Assembly: GCA_049600935.1 (NCBI GenBank)
Contig: JBMYQB010000001.1
Location: 14,095-78,094, forward strand
Source: Poseidonia sp.
Lineage (GTDB): Archaea; Thermoplasmatota; Poseidoniia; Poseidoniales; Poseidoniaceae
Length of the DNA: 64,000 nucleotides
Reading direction: 5' to 3'
Of this stretch, positions 37,801 to 46,651 are shown one piece after another. Numbering within the stretch: the first letter of the stretch is position 1; the number at the start of each line of letters is the position of its first letter. Made by a program: the position numbers and the translations under genes. A model generated the notes under the pieces. That model was not told the DNA's origin and did no database searches. It saw only the letters and a list, made by a program, of their open reading frames with translations.

Positions 37801-39987
37801 ACACCAAGTCCAACGCAAGTCATGCAGGTCACCATCATGGACCAACCCGTTCTTCCATCAGCGGTCACGGCCATGGTCTGGAAGGAATGGGTGGACGATG
37901 CCAACATGAACGGCTGGCCAGACGCTGGCGAATTCAACCCCGTGGCGATGCTCGTTCCTAGCGACTTAACGGCCCTCACGGGTATTTACACGCTGATGAT
38001 TGACGATACCGACGGAAGCCTCGGTCAAAAGGTGGCCGTCTACCTCGAGGGAACCGACCCTTCGGGTTACGCCATTCAAGACGGCGGAAGTGCTGAGGAA
38101 GGCGAGCAACTCTTCGTCTATCAGTTGGCTGTTGACGGTGCCCCTGACCTCGCACCCGATGCCTTTTCCTGGGCAGAAGGACGAATGGCGTGGCTTCACC
38201 CAGCACAGCCTTACGAACTCAACGTGAAGATCAGCGAACCCAACGGCGGTTCGGATTTATCCACGGTTGAGGTCATGCTCGCCAGCAACCAAGGCAGCGA
38301 TTCCATGAGCATTCACTGGGCCTTTGAAACGGGGGCCTGCACCACCACCTCAACGCATGTCTTCATTGACCAATGCACCATGTTGGGACAAAACGGCATC
38401 GCTGACCCGTACGAGAAGGACCTGGTGCTCAACATCCATCTCCACCTTGGTTGGAACACGCCCGACTTAGGAGAGAACCGACGAGAACCTGCCATTCTCG
38501 TGGTCGACCGAGCCGGTCAAGAGGAAATGCGAAACTTCCCTGAACATCGTTGGCGATTCTCTGCGGGACTCGCCATCCCCGAAGAGAGCGTGAATCTTCA
38601 CCTGACCCGAGGTTCTTTCCTTGGGGACGGTGCTCGAGTAACGCCCCTCACGCCCATGGAAATCTCAGGCGGTTTGGTGTTTGCAGAGACCTCAACCGTG
38701 CCCGACTTTGACTGTCAGGTCGACGTGTTGTTTGCAGGAAAGACCTACTCGGCCACAGCCATTGACGGTATTTGGTCCATGGCCGTTGAAGCACCGGTTG
38801 CATCGGGCTCGCTCCCCATGACGTGGGAGGTTGGTTGCCTTGAGGGCCAAGGGTTCGACATGACCGACCAAGAAACATCGGTGAAATGGATCGTCGTTGA
38901 CGGCACGGGTCCCGCACCCCAAGAGGTGCTCTCACCCCGCCCACTCGCCATCCTCGGTGGGGAAAATCACGAAGTTCGTGTTGTCGTTGAGGAACTAGGT
39001 GGACTTGACCTTCAATCCCTTGAGCTCGTGTGGCAGGTTGAGGACTTCGAAACAGGCGATGTCATTCGTTCAGGACGAGAACCGCTTGCACTTGAGGGAG
39101 CAGAACTCGACGGTCTGCGCCTTGAACTCTACGCCGACATGAACCTCAGCGAAATCACCAACGAGATGCTGATTGACCGCATGGTGGTCAAAATCAGCAT
39201 CGCCGGTCGAGACCTTGCTGGCAACAGCGTCACCGGACTCAACGGCAATCTCAACAACCCGTTCTTGGCGACATGGAACATGGAATGGCTTCAGCCAAAG
39301 TTCACCGTCGCACCCTCGGCCATGACGTATTCGAGACTGCTGATGGAGGTCGGTGATACCACCTCCATCCAACTCGAGGTGGAAAACGTCGGTACGCTTC
39401 AGGGTGAGATTGCGGTGACCTTTGAAACGGTCAACATGGACGGTGAACGTACCCTCATTCAGCGAGAGACGGTCGCTGCAGAGGCGGGTGCCATCGGACT
39501 TGTGTCTGTTGATTGGCGCCCTGAACTCGCTGGCATGCAGTGGGTTGAGGCCACGCTGGATAACGGCATGACGGTCAGCGGTCCGACCGTTGATGTTCGT
39601 GTCGCAGACGAGCCAACCTTCTCTCAGAAAATTTTTGGCGACGTGAACCCCATCATCGGTAGCATCACCGGATTGCTTCTGCTTTGCGTTGTCGTTGCCC
39701 TCCTGACTTGGATGCGACGCATGACCGTAAATGCTGGCTCCAAGGTGGACTACGACTGGGACGAGTATTCTTCGGAATTTGAGGACGATGAAGACGATGA
39801 CGAGGAGCACATTCCCGCAGCGACCGCAACGGCAGCGACCACCTCGGTTACCGCTGAAACCTCCGCCTCCACTCAAGAGGAAACGGATTGGGTCATGGGT
39901 TCGGATGGCTACTGGTGGTATCACGATAAAGCCACCAACGAATGGTGGTACAAGGACGCCAACGGTGAAATCGTCAAGCACCCTTGA
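34897..39987 (+). CDS. Giant (1,696 aa) surface protein: signal peptide, MAM/CUB-like N-terminal module, long beta-rich ectodomain, C-terminal TM, acidic cytoplasmic tail ending in a Trp/Tyr-rich motif
   Basis: Signal MAGRRAHAQALILVVLFVMSSWLNAVA. WTFSNS...CCDYWFVDDIHI resembles MAM-type jelly-roll ends. TM IIGSITGLLLLCVVVALLTWM followed by RRM. Tail DWVMGSDGYWWYHDKATNEWWYKDANGEIVKHP. Confidence 0.85.
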   Translation: MAGRRAHAQALILVVLFVMSSWLNAVAPSTEETSVLEAEHEVMQVGQGDDMDLTLTTNPNTMFKLDLPSGEPLVNAELKFTPKVLPTQSGFVWDSESDWNHADAISNGSTVSSGVLTGSSPGLLWDFNTNNQGWTFSNSYTARVSSPSCGYNGTSGGSLRTYAGSTYGTSPVVNLAGGANIPFHAWVHEGRSGCGETPDSGENLQFQYKTAAGGWTVFQTFSGGGAQTSNFQFMTTLPAAAIHANSQFRIHQTSGSSTCCDYWFVDDIHIATPPESNWTSPTMGHKVGSTQTLAADTYAPLYIEANIPNGAFLNWSVLNSAGEVLPGMQGTNELIVPLNLLDHDLVDQFRLHLEFKGSESGIPEVHSITGDGAYRETFVTDPTARGWTLSDAAYVTGIGVIGSQANSTLTSPWMLAHAPLYDVGLDGSVASGQVQVRYHPDEAWMNVSLPFTPTPDQNTVGMQARVVSVLPADGNMSNFTAWNVEALEMDMFGGQHPARPTLDFNLDERYEWGGEDARVGTWGWQDRFANAEERMDLALTSGAPTDAKVWVPSEDLSSFGFSYAAETGTVVELALFVQNTLVANRSTNSATSGMFHLNGSELTDFTNALANTGNSVDILGTDFTEARIEVSGSGTAVLAGLRATYNASHNLVADASSSFVMGVNEARTSVQNIGGMQAIPLPFMADQRGGLTIEVVALQTSSTVLLQNGGMVDAQSVLTPSKEWQTITTEYQVIGGTITHHRLDVYSKSHQATYLFPAEGGGAAGLGDASMVELHPTDAIEITEDGMNIMTNITFRLRPMWDDEMQLTATSRLVLQSGVISIPFSHTWGSLSAQGYENDLTLKSVVFSEDGVDMTPTRQYLRGGESMNLSIEVGFEDVPDARGFVDGDAEVTLYRDGVAVRNTTTLDGAYWNFTENIPFTYGDVTWEVGLVSLNGSTVVEPSSLSRTFTVDSVKPRVTETSMYRYDHRTPSPTQVMQVTIMDQPVLPSAVTAMVWKEWVDDANMNGWPDAGEFNPVAMLVPSDLTALTGIYTLMIDDTDGSLGQKVAVYLEGTDPSGYAIQDGGSAEEGEQLFVYQLAVDGAPDLAPDAFSWAEGRMAWLHPAQPYELNVKISEPNGGSDLSTVEVMLASNQGSDSMSIHWAFETGACTTTSTHVFIDQCTMLGQNGIADPYEKDLVLNIHLHLGWNTPDLGENRREPAILVVDRAGQEEMRNFPEHRWRFSAGLAIPEESVNLHLTRGSFLGDGARVTPLTPMEISGGLVFAETSTVPDFDCQVDVLFAGKTYSATAIDGIWSMAVEAPVASGSLPMTWEVGCLEGQGFDMTDQETSVKWIVVDGTGPAPQEVLSPRPLAILGGENHEVRVVVEELGGLDLQSLELVWQVEDFETGDVIRSGREPLALEGAELDGLRLELYADMNLSEITNEMLIDRMVVKISIAGRDLAGNSVTGLNGNLNNPFLATWNMEWLQPKFTVAPSAMTYSRLLMEVGDTTSIQLEVENVGTLQGEIAVTFETVNMDGERTLIQRETVAAEAGAIGLVSVDWRPELAGMQWVEATLDNGMTVSGPTVDVRVADEPTFSQKIFGDVNPIIGSITGLLLLCVVVALLTWMRRMTVNAGSKVDYDWDEYSSEFEDDEDDDEEHIPAATATAATTSVTAETSASTQEETDWVMGSDGYWWYHDKATNEWWYKDANGEIVKHP

Positions 39988-40007
39988 GGTCGTTTGGGGG
40001 CGATTGA

Positions 40008-41774
40008 ATGAGCAAGGTCGGTTTGTTGCAATTTGACCCGACCGTTGGTGATTTGGAACAGAACTGTCAGAGGTTAACCTCGCTCGCTCACCAAGCCCAA
40101 GATGCGGGAGCGAATGTCGGCGTTTCAACCGAACTGGCCGTGTGTGGCTATCCTCCACGAGACCTGTTGATGGAGCGTGATTTCATTCAGCGGTCGATGT
40201 CGGCTGCGCTCAACGTGTCCACGCCCATGCCCGTGTTGATCGGCACGCCCATCCCTGCTGAAGACGACCGAACCCTCCCTACCAACGGCGTGGTGCGTTC
40301 AGGTCCTGAATCGACGAGCATCACCAACGACGAACACGGGCGAATCGTTGCAGAGAAGCAACTTCTCCCCACTTACGATGTATTTGATGAGGCTCGTTAT
40401 TTTGCGGCCAAAAACAGGTCGGGTTTAGCCCGCTCGCTCGCCGGCATGACCTTGGGCGTGACCGTGTGCGAGGACGCTTGGCAGTCTGCGGGCATGACGC
40501 CTTCTTCCTATGCCCAAGACCCGATTGAACACATTGCAGAATGGTGCCGTCAAGGCGTGGACATCAACGCCACCGTGAATCTTTCAGCCTCGCCATTTCA
40601 CAGTGAGAAATTCACCACGAGGCTTGCGGTTGCTCGACACGCTGCGGCGGTGTTGAATCATCCATTTTTGCTTGCCAATCAGGTCGGCGGTAACGACGAC
40701 CTTCTCTTTGACGGCCGCAGCCTTGTCGTGTGGCCTGACGGTCGTGCTGTCGTTGCTCCATCGTGGCAGGAAGGTGTGCTGGTGGTTGATTTGAACAGCC
40801 CCGAAGCGTGCCATTGGGTGGCGAGTGCTGCCGAGGATGCCTTGTGCATCGGAGCCGCTGAGGTGATGGTGCTCGAACCGGGCGACGACGGTGCGGACTT
40901 GATTGACACCATCGAAGAATTGACCAACGCCGTCGTCACTGGGCTTGCAGACTATTGCCGCAAGTCTTCGATTTCTTCCATTGTGTTGGGGCTCTCTGGT
41001 GGGATTGATTCTGCGGTTGCGGCCTGCGTGGCCGCCGAGGCCATCGGCCCAGCGAACGTGACGGGCCTGGCCATGCCGAGTCGTCATTCCTCGCAACACT
41101 CCATCGATGACGCCCTCCACACGGCCCAAGCCCTTGGCCTCCAGCACCACGTTCACGCCATTGATACCATGCACACCAGCGTTGAAACCACCCTCGCTGA
41201 CGTCCTCTACAACGGCGCTCCGGTTGCCGGCGAAAACCTTCAGGCTCGTCTTCGGGCCATCTTGGTGATGGGATACGCCAACGCCAACGGCAGCATGGCG
41301 GTGACCACCGGCAACAAATCGGAAATCGCTCAGGGTTATTGCACGCTTTACGGCGACATGGCTGGAGGCTATGCACCGCTTGGCGACGTGTACAAAATGG
41401 ACGTCTACGCCATGGCCGAACGTTTCAATCAGCGGGCAGCCGCACAAGGTCTGCCCGAACCTGTATCGGCGTCAACCATGACCAAACCACCATCTGCGGA
41501 ATTGGCTCCCGACCAAACCGACCAAGACACGCTGCCTCCCTACGAACTTCTTGACACCATCCTGCGAGCCCATATTGAAGGCGGATTGAATGCGGATGAC
41601 CTCGTCGCAAAGGGCCACGAGCCAGCCACGGTGATGGACGTGCTGACACGTCTCGAGCGAAACGAACACAAGCGTTGGCAGATGCCACCCGCCCCCCGAG
41701 TTTCACCTCGCGCCTTTGGGCAAGGTTGGCGACGTCCACTCGCTTCAAACCATGATTGGCGAAGCGTGGAGTGA
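40008..41774 (+). CDS. nadE: Glutamine-dependent NAD+ synthetase
   Basis: N-terminal CN-hydrolase domain (VCEDAW). C-terminal NAD synthetase with the PP-loop LGLSGGIDSAV. Confidence 0.92.
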   Translation: MSKVGLLQFDPTVGDLEQNCQRLTSLAHQAQDAGANVGVSTELAVCGYPPRDLLMERDFIQRSMSAALNVSTPMPVLIGTPIPAEDDRTLPTNGVVRSGPESTSITNDEHGRIVAEKQLLPTYDVFDEARYFAAKNRSGLARSLAGMTLGVTVCEDAWQSAGMTPSSYAQDPIEHIAEWCRQGVDINATVNLSASPFHSEKFTTRLAVARHAAAVLNHPFLLANQVGGNDDLLFDGRSLVVWPDGRAVVAPSWQEGVLVVDLNSPEACHWVASAAEDALCIGAAEVMVLEPGDDGADLIDTIEELTNAVVTGLADYCRKSSISSIVLGLSGGIDSAVAACVAAEAIGPANVTGLAMPSRHSSQHSIDDALHTAQALGLQHHVHAIDTMHTSVETTLADVLYNGAPVAGENLQARLRAILVMGYANANGSMAVTTGNKSEIAQGYCTLYGDMAGGYAPLGDVYKMDVYAMAERFNQRAAAQGLPEPVSASTMTKPPSAELAPDQTDQDTLPPYELLDTILRAHIEGGLNADDLVAKGHEPATVMDVLTRLERNEHKRWQMPPAPRVSPRAFGQGWRRPLASNHDWRSVE

Positions 41775-41792
41775 CGTCGGTGAACTCAAAAA

Positions 41793-42662
41793 GTGGATTT
41801 TCCACGGTCTTTTGTGTCCGGCTCCATCAAGAACATTGCCGGCTATCGGTTCGTTGACCTTGACGACCGAGATGCACTCCAGTCGAGTTTGCGCAGCCTC
41901 TGCGTGGATTTGGGTCTGAAGGGCACGGTGTTGTTGGCCCCCGAGGGCATCAATTTCTTTCTGGCCGGTCGGTCCACGTCCATTGATGGGTTCATCGACG
42001 TTCTCGAGAAGGATGAGCGGTTCACCGATATCCCCCTGAAGGTCTCGTTCACGGATTACCAGCCGTTCAATCGGATGAACGTACGCAAGAAGAACGAGAT
42101 CATCTCGGTGGGTCTGGACCACATCCGTCCCGCAGAGATGACCGGAGAGGAGATTGAACCGACTGAGTTCAAAGCCATGCTCGATGCGGGAGAACCCGTT
42201 CATGTCCTCGACACGAGGAACGACTACGAGTTGCGGGTCGGGACGTTTGAGAACGCCATCGACCTGAACATCCGTACCTTCCGGGCCTTCCCCGAAGCCA
42301 TTCAGCGCCTTCCTGCATCGATGAAGGACGAACCTGTGGTCATGTTTTGCACGGGTGGCATTCGATGTGAGAAAGCCAGTGCCATCATGATGGAGGCCGG
42401 TTTTACCAACGTAAAGCAACTCAAGGGGGGGGTGCTCGGGTATTTTGAGAACGTTGGCGGAGACCATTGGGACGGGGATTGCTTCGTGTTTGACCAGCGC
42501 GTCGCAGTGGACCCCTCGCTCAAGGAAACGGACGTTGTCGTGTGCTTTGCCTGCCGAGAACCGCTTTCCTCCGAGGAACAAACCTCGCCTGATTACGCGA
42601 TTGGTGTCTCCTGTCCCTACTGCATCGACCGAGCGAATCTCGTTCCCATCAGCGATGAATGA
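41793..42662 (+). CDS. trhO: Rhodanese-domain tRNA uridine(34) hydroxylase (YceA/TrhO, UPF0176 family)
   Basis: YRFVDL...LGLKGTVLLAPEGINFFLAG, VLDTRNDYE, the active-site loop CTGGIRCEKA and W.GDCFVFDQR. GTG start is uncertain (alternative at 41814). Confidence 0.85.
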   Translation: MDFPRSFVSGSIKNIAGYRFVDLDDRDALQSSLRSLCVDLGLKGTVLLAPEGINFFLAGRSTSIDGFIDVLEKDERFTDIPLKVSFTDYQPFNRMNVRKKNEIISVGLDHIRPAEMTGEEIEPTEFKAMLDAGEPVHVLDTRNDYELRVGTFENAIDLNIRTFRAFPEAIQRLPASMKDEPVVMFCTGGIRCEKASAIMMEAGFTNVKQLKGGVLGYFENVGGDHWDGDCFVFDQRVAVDPSLKETDVVVCFACREPLSSEEQTSPDYAIGVSCPYCIDRANLVPISDE

Positions 42663-44793
42663 CGATCCAATCGTCCGAGAGTTCACCATGACTGAACCGA
42701 TGCCACTCATGGCCGTGTCCACCATCGTGAGCGATGAACCACGCTTGGGTGGGTGAGATGAGCAGCTGGCCGTAGGTCAACGCTTCAGAGGAATTGCCGT
42801 TTCCCGTCCACGGGTCGCTCACCAAACGCATGGCCGTTCCTTCAACCGCCCACAAGGCGACCCCTTGCGAAACGCCATCAACCAGTCCGTCGCTGACGAC
42901 CAGCCAGCCTTCGCCGACCGCAGCAATGCCGCGAAGGTCAGAGGACATCAGTCCCGGTGTCAAATCGTGGAGCACATGGCTCCCCTGCGGCGTACCATCG
43001 GTGATGCAGGTCTCCATGCCCGTGGTCGCCGTCAGGCAATCAAACAGCAGGCGTTCTCCCGTATTGGCCACGCCGACCTGTGCTCCGGGAGAGAGGATGG
43101 TGGTGCTGAGTTGAAGGGTGATGCCGTTGGCGAGGTTCGTGGTCCACAAACGAGCCTCGTTGGACGAAACCACGGCATCGTAGACCAAGTTGTCGCCGAT
43201 GCGTTGCAAGCCCATCCCTGCGCCCAGGTTGGTGTCGCCGGACACCGGAGCGATGGAGGTCAGCCATGCATGCGAACCGTCGTCGTTGAGTCGAATCACC
43301 TGCTTTACCCCGCCACGAACGCCAACGGCCAGAACATCGTCGCCATCGCTGAGCAGGTCGGAAAGTTGGGAGCTCCCAAAGTCGTTCACGGACCAGGTGG
43401 TCAGGGTTCCATCATGCTCAAGGCGGTACGGCTCGACGTCCCCAAATTCATCAGCGGCGCTGAACCACATGGCCTGTTCATCGGTGTGAAACCACGCTTC
43501 ACCGATGTGGTCCAGGTCGGCGAGAAGGTCTTGCACGCTCTGCTGCAGACTGGTGTTCCACGAAGGGAGGGTTAACCAGTCTCGTAAATCGGTGCCGTTG
43601 GTCCACATCAGTTGATGACTTGGTGAGCGAAACAGCAACCCTTCCGCCCAGGGCACGGGCTGAACAATCTCGACGGGGCCCAACAGCGCAGTGCCGTTTG
43701 CCGTACCGTCGCTGGCCCAAAGTTGGCGCCCGTTCGTCCCGTCGTCGGCGTCAAACACCAACATGGCACCGTTGTGGAGCGTGTTCAGGCCAAGGTACCG
43801 TCCAGGCATTGATTCCCCGTTTCCGTGAAGGTCAACGACGAGTGATGTGGTGTTCGATTCAGGATGATGGACGTGCAATTCACAACCGTTCACGCCGTCG
43901 TTGGCGGCGAAGAAGAAGCCTGACATGGCGTTGGACCACGCCGCAGCGTCGCATCCTGTCGTCATCGAGTTTCCAGAATTTGGAAATACGTCGGTTACTC
44001 GTTCGGAGCGCAGCGGTTCGAAGCAGAAGTTGAGCGTTTCACGCACCTCGTCGTCTTCGAGCACACCGTTGAAAGCGAGGCCCTGCCCGAGTCCGTCGTC
44101 TACACCGAACCGAATGAGAAACCCGTCTGCACAGATGTAAGACGGTGCGGCGACCTTGTCGACAAGCGCCGTCGCCCCGCTCGTTCCGTGTTCCCCGTCG
44201 ATGCCGTCCAACCCCAAGGCTCCGTTGCAGAGCACCGTTTCGTTGAGGACCTCACTTTCCTCAAGCATCTGGTTCTGATTGAGGTCAAGTCCGCTGGTCA
44301 TCATCGCTCCACCTTCGGGGCACGTGTCGTTCCCTTCCTGAAGGGTGGTGGTTTCCAGCACCTGATGAACGGCATCCACGCCGTTGATACCGGCCTGCCC
44401 TTGAGGCCCCGAAAGGCCGCGTAGCCCGTTGCAGAGGACGGCGGTGTCCATGCGTTCACCCGCATCGAGGAGGTTGTTGCCGTTGACGTCAAAGCCCGTG
44501 TGAAGGCGAATTCCGCCCTCGTTGCACGGCTCGAGGGGAGCAAAGGGTTCGGATTCTACCAGCCACGGCGTGGCGAGGTCCTCTTGGGGTGCCGTGTTGA
44601 GGAGGGCGTTGTTGTACACGGCGAGGAGCAATACCCCCACCAAGGTGAGGGTTTGGAGCACCGTGAACCAACGTCGATGACGGTGGTGGGGTGGTTGTTC
44701 TTCGTGCTGTTCTTCGTTTGTTTCAGAAGAGGAACGGCGTTGTTGTTCCTCGTTGGCTGCAGATGGTTGCATGACGGGAAAGAAGGGCGTCAA
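42649..44793 (-). CDS. Type II-anchored surface protein with Cys-bounded modules, collagen-like G-X-Y runs and ELWxxDGT-type repeats
   Basis: N-terminal charged region, then signal anchor WFTVLQTLTLVGVLLLAV. Two modules C.EGG...G.D.N.N..L...E...VLCNG followed by six G-X-Y triplets each. Later RQLWASDGTANGT, ARLWTTN and VALWAVEGT repeats. Confidence 0.75.
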   Translation of the reverse strand: MTPFFPVMQPSAANEEQQRRSSSETNEEQHEEQPPHHRHRRWFTVLQTLTLVGVLLLAVYNNALLNTAPQEDLATPWLVESEPFAPLEPCNEGGIRLHTGFDVNGNNLLDAGERMDTAVLCNGLRGLSGPQGQAGINGVDAVHQVLETTTLQEGNDTCPEGGAMMTSGLDLNQNQMLEESEVLNETVLCNGALGLDGIDGEHGTSGATALVDKVAAPSYICADGFLIRFGVDDGLGQGLAFNGVLEDDEVRETLNFCFEPLRSERVTDVFPNSGNSMTTGCDAAAWSNAMSGFFFAANDGVNGCELHVHHPESNTTSLVVDLHGNGESMPGRYLGLNTLHNGAMLVFDADDGTNGRQLWASDGTANGTALLGPVEIVQPVPWAEGLLFRSPSHQLMWTNGTDLRDWLTLPSWNTSLQQSVQDLLADLDHIGEAWFHTDEQAMWFSAADEFGDVEPYRLEHDGTLTTWSVNDFGSSQLSDLLSDGDDVLAVGVRGGVKQVIRLNDDGSHAWLTSIAPVSGDTNLGAGMGLQRIGDNLVYDAVVSSNEARLWTTNLANGITLQLSTTILSPGAQVGVANTGERLLFDCLTATTGMETCITDGTPQGSHVLHDLTPGLMSSDLRGIAAVGEGWLVVSDGLVDGVSQGVALWAVEGTAMRLVSDPWTGNGNSSEALTYGQLLISPTQAWFIAHDGGHGHEWHRFSHGELSDDWIVIHR

Positions 44794-44878
44794 TCGTTCT
44801 TAATCTACCGCCGTTCATTATCGTTCAAGGTGGAATGTTGAGGGGTGAGTTCATGAGGTTTCAACGGGTGGAAAGGTC

Positions 44879-46651
44879 ATGGAGCCTCCAGCACGTCTGC
44901 TCGCCCAACTGGCGGGGGATGAAGGGAAGACGAGGCAGAAGGCGGCCCGTTTGGTCATCGACCTTGCCGATACGGCCAACGCCGACGGGTACATCCCCGT
45001 TGTTCACGCTCACGTCTCGGGCGTTTCCGTCATCACAGGCGGCCACGGGTTGCGTCGTTTCCTGCAGGATTTGTCAGCCGATGGCGACGGACAGGTGGCC
45101 ATTCCCACGACGTTGAATTCGGCCGGTTGCGACCGTGAGAAGATGGAAGAGATGGACATTGCATGGCCTGATTTTCTCGAGCAGCAATTCGAAATCGTTC
45201 ATGCCTACGAACAACTTGGCATCGACGCCACCCTTTCCTGTACCCCGTACGACCGAGGCATAGAAAGCGAATCCGGCATCGCTTCATGGGCGGAATCCAA
45301 CGCTGTCTGTTTTTCCAACACGTGGACCTCCCTTATCACCAATCGAGAATCCGGTCTCTCAGCCCTCGCGACCGCCCTCACCGGCTATGCCCCTCGCTGG
45401 GGGTTGCACCTGGAAGCGAATCGGACGCCGAACCTGCGCGTCCACGTTGACTGCGACATGAACAATTTGGCCGACTGGTCGGTGCTTGGCGACTGGATCG
45501 GGAAGCAAGTGCGCCCCGATTGGGACATGCCTTACGGCCCCATGCCTTACATCACCGGCCTACCCGCCCACATGTCGTTCGCCTCCAAGAAAGCCTTGAC
45601 CGCTGCTGCGGCGAACTACGGCTGCGCCATGTTGTGGGCGGAAGGCCACACCGTAGCACCTCCTTTGCAGCGTGCAAACGACGGCTCCTCTGCGCCCGAG
45701 GGCGGTTGGCAGGGCGAGTTGACCTTCACCGAAGCGGACCTCCAGCAACGCTACGAAGCGCTTGCACCTCAAGGGCAAGTGGATTTGGTGGTCATCGGTT
45801 GCCCGCAAGCCAGCCTGGAAGAGTTACGCATCACGGCCTCGGCGCTTCGCTCTCACATGGAGATGGGCCGCCGGATCCCCGATCATCGATTGTGGGTGTT
45901 CACCAGCGGTGAGAATTACGAATTGGCGCTGGCGGACGGGACGATTGAACTGCTCGAGGAAGGTGGAGCGCTCTTGCTCAAGGACACGTGTCCTGAGGTT
46001 ACGCCCTACAATCGCTCAAAGTACAACCATCTGCTCACGAATTCCCTCAAAGCCGAACACTACCTCACCAGCGGCTTGAATCGCTTGCCAACCTCGGTGA
46101 TGCCCATTGAGGCGTGCGTGGCTCACGCCGTCGACGCCACCCTGAGTCAAGGCGATGTGCCCGTGCTCAAGCCCAAGGCGCAACCGCAGCATGCAAGCGC
46201 GAAAACACCTCAAGTTGGGCCCGCCGTACTCACGGGGTCCGGTCTTCGCTCGCAAGCTGAATTCTCCGTGCGGGGCAAGGCCCTCGTGACCGACGTTCCC
46301 ATCACCTACCTCGGCTACGTCAACCGAGACACCGGTGTGATTGAGGAGCCTGGTCATCCACTGGACGGCGTGGCGATTGAAGATACGGTGCTCATCTATC
46401 CCAAAGGTTCGGGCTCTACCGTCGCCCCCTACGTGCTCATGGGCCTCATCTACACCGGAAAAGGCCCGAAGGCCGTGGTCAATCGGGACATCTGTCCGCT
46501 GACACTTCCCGCTTGTTCGCTACTCGGCCTACCTTACGGCCACGGCTTTGACGACGACCCGTGCATGACCGTGAACACGGGGGATACGGTTGAATTCACC
46601 CGCACGGCATCGGGGGTCGAACTCGTGGTCGTGGAGCGTGCAACATCATGA
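44879..46651 (+). CDS. Aconitase X family protein, fused catalytic (DUF521) and swivel (DUF126) domains
   Basis: 590 aa. The large N-terminal domain has AcnX-like features (VHAHVSGVS..., KDTCPEV). The C-terminal ~130 aa (ALVTDVPITYLGYVNRDTGVI...YPKGSGSTVAPYVL) matches the small-subunit/DUF126 pattern. Confidence 0.7.
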   Translation: MEPPARLLAQLAGDEGKTRQKAARLVIDLADTANADGYIPVVHAHVSGVSVITGGHGLRRFLQDLSADGDGQVAIPTTLNSAGCDREKMEEMDIAWPDFLEQQFEIVHAYEQLGIDATLSCTPYDRGIESESGIASWAESNAVCFSNTWTSLITNRESGLSALATALTGYAPRWGLHLEANRTPNLRVHVDCDMNNLADWSVLGDWIGKQVRPDWDMPYGPMPYITGLPAHMSFASKKALTAAAANYGCAMLWAEGHTVAPPLQRANDGSSAPEGGWQGELTFTEADLQQRYEALAPQGQVDLVVIGCPQASLEELRITASALRSHMEMGRRIPDHRLWVFTSGENYELALADGTIELLEEGGALLLKDTCPEVTPYNRSKYNHLLTNSLKAEHYLTSGLNRLPTSVMPIEACVAHAVDATLSQGDVPVLKPKAQPQHASAKTPQVGPAVLTGSGLRSQAEFSVRGKALVTDVPITYLGYVNRDTGVIEEPGHPLDGVAIEDTVLIYPKGSGSTVAPYVLMGLIYTGKGPKAVVNRDICPLTLPACSLLGLPYGHGFDDDPCMTVNTGDTVEFTRTASGVELVVVERATS

